Assembly (NCBI GenBank): GCA_965235115.1
Contig: OZ249436.1
Location: forward strand, 14,448,001-14,508,000
Direction of reading: 5' to 3'
Source of the DNA: Laetmonice hystrix
Taxonomy: Eukaryota
DNA: 60,000 nucleotides
Shown: piece after piece, positions 50,401-60,000 of the stretch
Numbering within the stretch: the first letter of the stretch is position 1
How the letters are laid out: every line of letters begins with the position of its first letter
The notes under the pieces: model-generated
The model's database searches: none
What the model was told of the DNA's origin: nothing
The model's input: the letters and a program-made list of their open reading frames with translations, nothing else
Program-made: the position numbers and the translations under genes

Positions 50401-53400
50401 TCGAATCTCTAACACTCTGATCAAATGCCTGCCGAACTCAGAACCCTCACCATTGGCGCGTGTATTGGTGATTATCACGCAGTAGGAGACCTTTGACTGA
50501 AGAACCAGGCGGTCTTTCCTGTTTGGTGGATTGCTGAGAGCTCGCTGCACCTGGTGGATCTAAGAAGAAAGTGGCCCACCCACACCTTGCCACACATGGA
50601 GACGGTAGCCGTCAGCTGTCGCTTCTATTGCTAACCTAACGTGACTCACACCCGCCCGTGGTTGGGAGGACCACCCTCTCAGGTTGACAGCGCTGATTGC
50701 GTTGCTATGACAACATAGCATATCGTTAAGGAGTCTGGTGGATGAGGACTAACATGTAAAGATGACTGAGACTTATCTAATGGGGATAGGAGTGATTACT
50801 TATGGTGGTCGCCGCGTATCGTGTTTTATTTAAGACGGAAGATGATGAAATGAAAAGCTCTACAGGGCCCAGTTCATAAAAAAAACTTAAGATCTTGCTT
50901 AATTGATTGAATGGTCTGACACAGATTGATCAGAAGCGTCAAGGTATATGTCGTGCTGTGTTACTTTTTATGGTAAGGTTATGGTTTCAAGCCATCCTGA
51001 TCTTATCCTACACGGCCAAGGACGTTATTTTTTTACAAATCGGTAGTGATTCTCAATCAGTGGTTTTCCAAATTCCTGCAGTTGGGCATAACATGGATGG
51101 ATGGTGATTTCTGGTTGTTAGAGATGTTTGCACACGCACAGACCCAGCAGCTCATTCCCTACTGCTTGATCTGGCTTCATCAGTCAGTATGGGGGAATTA
51201 GTGTTGACAGGGAGCCAGCTTAACGGCTCTACCACAACATCTACTACTGATTGCTCACCATTGAGGGATCCCTGCCTCCCTGAGTACCTCGATTGGGATC
51301 AGAAATCTCGTAGCGGGTAATAGCGATGTCATAGGTTATAAATAGAATGGTTGGTCATCTTGCCAGGACAGAAATAGTAAGGTATTGAATATGTAATTGC
51401 CAGGTCCCTGTATGGCGCACGACTAGGACCACGTGACGATGATGACACAGCGTGTTTACCGCGTGGTTGGGGATTAGTAATCGAAGTGTGCCAGTTCGCC
51501 TATAATCCACTGCTTGGTTGACGGTATAATTACAGTGGAGTGATTCTAGGCTAAGTATGCAGCTTGAAGGCGTCCGATTAGTGATTCGTTTACATGAGGG
51601 AAATATTCCTGGACGACTGGAAATGTCGGGGGCTGACCTACCGTTTTATAGATTTAGTAGTTATTATAGACTTTTCTGGACACCCCGGCTGGCCGGCCGA
51701 TAACAGATAACGGCGGGAGAGGCCAGCAAACTAATAATTCTCATGGAATGCTGACCATGGTCCAAATCCGAGCCACGGAAGATAATGAACAAGTGTATTT
51801 CTATTTTCATAACAACAGCCAAAAAGTACATTGTGTAGATTTCCCCCAAGGATAAATGTCGTAATTGTTCCCGAGCGTGGGCGGCCAATCCATTTAATGA
51901 ACCCGTCATATGTTTGGATGGTGCAGATTTGAGCTGACCAAATCAAGATTACATTATACCTACGAGTAATCACCTCATTGTCTGTCGTCATGGCAGGTCG
52001 TGCCATTGGTGTGTTTGATTTAGTGAAGCACCTGCCCAATAATACCCCACCTGGCGACCTGGAACCCTTCAATCCCCCCTTCTTAATCCACTTTGAGTGG
52101 GAGCCATTTGTTAGCAGGCTTGTTGGTTCCCTACGCCCGCGACCCAGCCATGGCATTAGGGTATTGATTCATACGGGCTGGGTGGACAGACCTGTTTCAG
52201 GCTTCTGCCTCCGTAGACATGTGTAAAGGGTACGGTGTATGGAAACCCCATGTGTACTAAGAACAGGAAGGGGTGGTGGGGGTGGCGACTGACAAAGCCA
52301 CCCTGACCAAGGGCTGGTTGAGACCTGACTCTAGGAACGTCGGCGGTCACATCGGTCACATCGGTCACACCGGTCCCGGGTGGCGTCTGGCCCCAGGCAG
52401 TCAGGGCTCGGCCAGTGGCGTTCACTGCCGCCAGGTGGCACTGATGTATACCTGGCCTCTGGTCAGCGGACAAAAACATTCACACCAACCTGTCATAGTC
52501 ATGATTCAGATTTGTAGATAATTCAAAAAATGTTCATGCCAGTTAATTCGCTGTACTATATTTCTGAAAGGGACAGGGGTTGTGCAAGCCGCTCATAGCA
52601 TCTCGACAAAATCATGAACTTGGATCTACACCTGTAAATCACATAAATACAGAGGGGGAAACGAGAAAAGGAACCTTGATGTGCACAGTGGCTGGTCCAT
52701 GAGCTGTGCTCGCCAATAACAAACGTATAGGTCACCCTTTCATGAAAACATGTCACTGCGGTTAGTGGTGATTCAGCCAGAGTCCTATCGGCGAGAGGTG
52801 GGAGAAAGGATTGTGCACTGGCCGAGAAATGACTGATTATATCTACTCCTACCAACAAGTATCAACCTCTAATAACAAGTTTTGCTGTTTAGGTTTCATA
52901 GTGGAATGTATGCCGTGGTGGGGTAAATGGTTCGGCTGAGTAGTCCAGTTAATGGTAGCCGTCCAAGACGTGTAGCCTTCTCCCAGTCACTCACTCCGGA
53001 CCAGTCGAGTTGGGACCGGAGATGAACTGCTGACTCAGAAGGTGTGGAAAGGCTGGCCTGGCCGGCCCTTGGTGCCATGGTTAGATTGGATTGGTGGCCA
53101 GTTGTTGTGGATGCCAGTTGTTGGCCAGCGGGGCGGTGGCCGGGGTCACTGACTCACTCTCTGCCTGGACCATGGAACCCATAACGTAAGGTGCTGCACG
53201 CCGCTCGGCGGGCCGGAGGCGCCGGTCGGCCTGCTGCTGCTGCTCCATGGGTTTCTGCTGTGAGGATCGGGCCACTAAGGCATAACCCAGGGAAACTGTC
53301 TCATAATGTTTTGGCTTTACATCCTGATAGAATAGAATTTTCCCAATCTACTACAACATACATGTTCGGGTGTTTCGAATCTCTTGGCGAAATTTCTTAT

Positions 53401-55041
53401 ATGTCTTTTACAAGGTGTCTTTTATTTAACATCATATTTTGTACGTAAGCATTCAGCGATAGTTGAATGGGAATTAAATCAAGGCCAGCTCTTTGTCCCT
53501 TACAACCAAGAATTGGCTTTGGTCTGATTTATTTGAAAAAATGGAGAAGAAAAAAAGATAGAAGAATGGATCCTAGAAAGTTCACAAAACCATTGTAATC
53601 ACAAAAAAGTAGCAGATAATAGATTCCATTTTTTAAAGCAGAATAACAGTGTTGGTATATTGTGTGATATCTAACAAATCTGTAGCCAGTTTCTGGGCTC
53701 GCCATATTGTCACCTTGGTGACCGGAAGGCCCATTGTTGTCCGATGGGGCCGGGCTGTCAGCTGTGCTGGAGAGAGCACCACAGGGAGACCAGCATTCAA
53801 CTTCCGCTACCTTTATAACTTACCCAGACTGATAACCACAAAAAATGATCATGACACTGGTGTTTATGACAGCCGTTTACATCAGCACTGGTGCTTCCCA
53901 TCCCAACAACCTTGAGGCAATAATCTGGGCAAAGCAGGTGAATGCCGTTAAAGTTCAAGGAGTCCTTCTTTATGACGGAAGTTTGTCTTGGAGATGGCAT
54001 AATGGATTAGTCGATAAATTCACACTTCTAAGGTCAGCTTGGCTAGCGGCAGGCGTTCTTGGTAGCAGATGACTGGGGGATTTCTTAGAAAAGCATGTGG
54101 GTTTTGGTTGCATGGTTTATGTTTTTTCCTCCTGGTGACCAAGAATCCAGGTCATGCAGTCATTCCTGTGGCAACTCTCTTGCAGTGAAAGTTAATAACC
54201 ATGCTTACCTTGTTTTAACGAAGTCTCGGGTGTCAGACTAGGGCAAGGCTTCTGCAAATATCATCAAATGTCCAGTTCAAGTATTATGATCAGAATATAT
54301 GAGGTAGAAATTTTGACTTAATATGGCCTCAGCATTGTATGCCGAACTCAGATAACAACATAGACCCGACTATAGCCTAAAGCCATAAACCAGTTTGCGA
54401 GTAGGCCGAGTATTATCCTATAGGCCAATTACCGGTATTATTACCGCTATCCTACAGGATGTCCTTGGCTCGGTCAGGGATCTAAGTAAACACACCCGGG
54501 ATCACGCCGCCACAATCCTTTACTGCGTGTACCGTTTCAGCAATGGCAACCTCCGTATAAGTCTTCAAATTGTGTTCCTAATATCTGGATTCTAAAATTT
54601 CATGCACAATGGCACATGAAAAAAAACTGAATCAATATAAGTACGTCGGCGCCTGTGTATTTCCAACCCAGAAACGAAGCAGGCAGTGAAACTGAGTGGA
54701 ATGATAATCTGTCATAATACATTTATCAGAAAGTCGGAATTTGGATAATGTGTAACGGTTATAAGACTGCATGAACTGTTTACCCTCAGGGCTGTCATAA
54801 ACCTGCTTTAATGTGATAGATACTGGTGATAATATCAGATATGCTTTCAAAGAGATCTCCTTGTTCCGGAGAAGTAGGTTATTCTAACCAAATAATCAGA
54901 GATAAGAGTCCCGATAACATTCCTAACCAATCAGGGTCAGTGCTTAAAAGATAGGTTAAGGATCAAATCTGAAACGGTTTAGGAAATAAATGAATAAGGT
55001 TTTAGGGAAGATCACATTTTGTCCTTAGACCTGGGAAAAAA

Positions 55042-55095
55042 ATAATGCAGGAATATCTTAAATAGTAAGATAATGCAGGAATATCTTAAATAGTA
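55042..55095. repeat. 28-bp-period tandem duplication
   Basis: ATAATGCAGGAATATCTTAAATAGTA occurs twice. Confidence 0.85.
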
Positions 55096-57889
55096 TTATT
55101 CAGGGAAAAAATCGAGATTTGGAGAGGAAGAAAAAAACATCTGTTGCTGTTGTACTAAGGGAAGATGAATAATGTGTGAATGTGCCGGGAGTGATTGTAT
55201 TTTCTATGCCAACCAAACAGTGACTTGTATAAATCACTGGTGAGACCCGGAATAGAAATGAAAGAAGTGATCAATATCCTGCTGTTAATAGACATTGAAA
55301 TCCCTCGGTGTCAGAATTCATGAATACTCTAGTCTGAGGATTAGTGAGCAGGAATGGCAGATTAGGACATGTGAGAGGCATGGTTCAATGGTTGCAAGGA
55401 TTCCCCACTCATTGGATGATAAGGTGGAAGCCCAGGCCAATAATGGCCCAGTGTGTCCATATGGCAGCTGTCATGGTGGCTGCAACACATAGACCAGGCC
55501 AACGTATCAGCGTGTGCTGGCATGTCGGAATGGTCGCACCAGTATCGATCATCGCAGAACCCTGAGGAGGATACCCTCAGACACATTCACCCCGCTCCCG
55601 GGGGTGAATAGACCTCCAGCCCCCCCCCCCCCCCCCCCACTCACCCCCATTTGTAACCTTCCCCCCTTTACTACCCACAACCCTGGGTAGAGTCTAGACA
55701 ATAGGGAGGCTACCGAACCCACCACCCCACCTGTCTATTGTAGCAGAGATCGATGTCGCCGGGACCTAAACAGGATGTGCCTTATGAGTCATGGCATGTT
55801 GTAGTACACCTAGCCGAGTCACGCTACCTCTCACACCATTCACCACGACCAGGGCATCGACAGAATCATGTTGGGGAAAGCCCCAAATGATGCCCACCGG
55901 CTCCTCACAGCATGAAGTGGGTCATTGTAACGACCATATTTGGTACGATTGATAACTGTGTCAGTAAATTGTGGTTAATGTCAACAGAGTTTTTTGCCTC
56001 CTTTCTTCAAAGAACAATTGAGGACTGGGGGAGAGTTTCCTTGGTGTACCGGTACATTGATGGATGGATCAACCCTGTGGTCTAGATAGAACTTTAGATA
56101 AGTCTTTCTTTGTGAAGTAATGCAGGGCATTCCGTGTCAAACTTGTTAAAAACGAAGTAATTAGATATTTGCGTGTTTGTCTAGTGTCTTTGAGAATTGC
56201 AAAGCTGTTATAGTCGGAGTGAAGGGAAGTACCTGTATAAATATTGATTTGTCTGTCTCTCAAGGTTAAAGTGGGAAGTACCTCAGCCTGACAGAAGGGA
56301 GGAAGGGGAGGGACGAAGGAAGGAAACGTACGAGGGGATGGGGCCAGAGTGTGTTTGATGGCGGGAGGATGGACAGATGGTGCTGCCACAACCATTTGAT
56401 TGATGCGGAAGTCCCAATAAGTTATTCCGACCCGTGTTGTGTGGTGGCGGCCAGGACCCCTGGAAACCCTGGATACATTGGGTAGATCCTGGGGGCGCCG
56501 GCTGGCAACCACTGGGCTGCCCGCCGCCGGCTCAACATCCTGCCCCGTTAACCCTTCCCTAACCCGTCCGGCCCTACAAGTAATATACAGCACTCTCAGC
56601 TTTAGCAAACACTGCTCTCAACTTTATTTATGACGCCGACTTACCAGGCGAACTCGCCAGAAATTGAAGTCCCCCAGCCAGTGAAAACAGCACCAATATT
56701 TGCTGTGTTCTTTGGGTCATCTACTGGAAAGTTAATCATATAATTGTAGCCTAAAGGGAGGACATTTTTTTTCAGACCACGTCCTTGGAGTCACCTGACA
56801 ATTTATCTTTTTTGGATTTGTTTGTTTAATTAAGTATCAGTTCAGGACCAGAAAAAAATTGCTTTCAGAGTTTCAGTGTCGCATGCATAGAAAAGGGTCC
56901 ATCAAAAATACCTGGAGGAGATCGAGAGACCTGTGTGTGAAACTGTGAACCAGTAGTGGTCGGGCACAGATTTAGAAGGGAAAATGTTGAATTCTTTACT
57001 ATTCTAATGTTGCAGCAGGGAAATCTCATTTAGAAAACTTGACATCTAAAATCGTTTTGTTTGAAATAATATGGGAGAGTTTTGAGCTGTTGAATAGAGT
57101 ACCATCCATTTGAAGATCCAGCCGTCTTTTTTATATATTTTTTTTAACAATATTTAACCAGGATTATCCACTTGGCTCTTAATGCCGTTAAAATGTAGGA
57201 TCCTGGGGTAGAAATACAAAAAAAATATTTACATTTAAAATGAGTACAAATTTATATCCGTTGCTTTCACTCCGTTGCTGTGACATGGAACAGTTGTTAA
57301 CAACCGAGTTACTAGTGTTTGCGTCCAAGGGTGGGCTGGGACTACCCTGGAGGGAGTAAATTATTGAGGTGGGAGGAGCCAGGTAACAACAACCAGTCTA
57401 CCTGCTCGGATTGCCTACCTGGTGGCACTATCAATCCATGTCACTCCACTCGGGGCGAGTACATTCTCCCTGATATCACCGTCATGAGTACGTTTTCCTG
57501 CGTCCAACATGGCAGTGTAAAAAAGTAGGCCACATCAGTTACTGAGCAAATCACTGATCAGGTGGCAGGAGCGCAAACCAATTACCTAGAACTGGATTTT
57601 ATAACTGATTTAGCTTTTTGTATAGAAGTCTAGCCATGCAAGTATTAAATGCTTTTTATGAGATTGATTGGAATACTGATCAGAAGAGGCAATCTGACGT
57701 TTTGGCTTTTAGTTTGTGTTCCTACCTGAATGAAAATAAGAGCATTAGCTCCGTCATTAAGAGAAAATATGTACCTACATAGGTGAGGCGAAATGTGTAG
57801 ACATGAATGTCCGGAGTCTGAGCCCAGCATCTGTATCATGCACAATGGCAAGCATAGGTTGTTTCGCATTTAAAATATGGTCCTCTTAG

Positions 57890-58580
<691 letters not shown>

Positions 58581-60000
58581 TAGACTATCTACTATTCAAA
58601 ATGAACAGGATCGGTGGACTGGAGGATGTAATTGGCATTTTATCCTCAAGTAGAACAAACTATGTATTCATGTCAAGTCTTTGCCATATATTATAACGTG
58701 GGTACCAGATCGTATAACAGCTAATTAATCCTACAGCACAGTTGTAAATTCACAGCCTTCACCTGTTGTAAAGACTGCTTCATCCCCATCTTTGGTTCTC
58801 TGCCATGAACAGCTTCTTAGCAGTGTGTCGGGTGAGCTGAGAGATTACAGAAAGTATCTTACAAGATTAACTGGCTCGGCACAGCGCTCAGCTCTCTCGT
58901 GTAGTTATACGTCTAATCCACTCACACGCTTTGTCTCCATCTCAAAGACTTGAGACCAGCAGCTCCCCCTCAGATTCTTACAAATTCGGATCTAATGGAT
59001 TTCAGATCCTTTCAGCAGCAGGATTAAAGCAAAATATATTTCCAAGATTGATTCGGAAATAATTTTTTGCTGCTGTTCCTTTAAAATCCCGTGGGCCTTG
59101 TTAGCAGTTTCTTGAGCCAACAAAGAGTATTTTATTTAAATATTCACGTGTACTAATGTATTTTAGATGTTCACATCACCTACTACAATAAGTGTGGCGT
59201 TCATTGGCGTAAGCCCTTCAGTCAGTGCCCACCTCAATAAACGTAAACGAGACAGAATTTTTTGTGGATACTTCATACTCTTGGTCCAGAAATACACAGT
59301 TCTGTTGGAGTAAATATGGTCCTAGGATCGCTGCTTTGAGACCTTATAGGCCCCCCCCCCCCCCCTTCTAGAGAGGCAAATATGGTCTGACTTTGCTGCA
59401 CTTTGTGGTATTTATAAAAGCCAGAAAAAGTTCATGGCATACAGGTGGAAGAAACAGCTGCTGCTGCTGCTGTTATTGCTCAGTGGAAAATTAATAATGT
59501 CAGTCAGAATATTTAAAAAATGGGTTGGACGTGCCTTTATTATGAGGCGTACATAGCTGGCCCAGGGCGGCTGTATGTCTGGACCGGTCGACATGTAGTG
59601 AGCCACCGGCTCAGTGTAGATCAACGGACCAGTGGGGCTCGGGGACCAGACCTGTCACTCAGCCCCGACCCGCCACCACCGCCACCACCACCACCAAACC
59701 CGGCATGGTGGTGTGTGGTAGGCACCCGTAAACTAAAAGTTACCTCAGCTAATTCACTGTCACACCAGTGTGGGCCTACCGGTGGACCTGGTTTGAAAAA
59801 TGTCACCGCCGTAAATAGTTCCTATAAGACCTGAAAGTGTCTAGTCCTGTTGCCGTCTATGCCATGGAAGTAGACCAACCCCTCTCCCACACACCACGTA
59901 GTTGTTAGTGACAACAGGATGTGGTTTACACCTTCAAGTTAGAGCTCTGTAATAGAGAATCTTGGATTTCATTGAATATTTATGGTCGTGAATATTAGCA

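Noticed and set aside
51731..56633. Nested genes in JNK intron 4 (ORFs 51731-52156, 53081-53275, 56069-56608)
   Set aside because: No recognisable domains and no consistent exon chain; several start at non-ATG codons.

Overview
Animal genomic DNA, probably a protostome/lophotrochozoan invertebrate (inferred from JNK residues and repeat types). Three spliced protein-coding genes can be assembled. (1) GAR1, the H/ACA snoRNP subunit: + strand, 5 coding exons at 3712-5976, about 205 aa, with one minor-spliceosome (U12-type) intron. (2) A PH-RhoGAP-coiled-coil gene of the ARHGAP22/24/25 family: - strand, 4 coding exons at 17195-13173, about 690 aa. (3) The 5' part of a JNK (MAPK8/9/10) gene: + strand, 5 coding exons at 28858/29005-58353, continuing beyond the window. 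ARHGAP and JNK appear to be head-to-head across a ~0.5 kb promoter containing a perfect CRE/ATF palindrome; the vertebrate JNK-ARHGAP pairs are tail-to-tail. The first ~34 kb hold many non-autonomous DNA transposons (Harbinger-, Tc1/mariner-, hAT- and Kolobok-like MITEs, plus a ~2 kb HINE-like element). The remaining JNK introns show almost no intact elements. I found no prokaryotic systems, CRISPR arrays, rRNA or convincing tRNA, and no clearly new biological system. The best leads are the JNK-ARHGAP divergent pair, a duplicated fragment of the JNK first coding exon, and the U12 intron.
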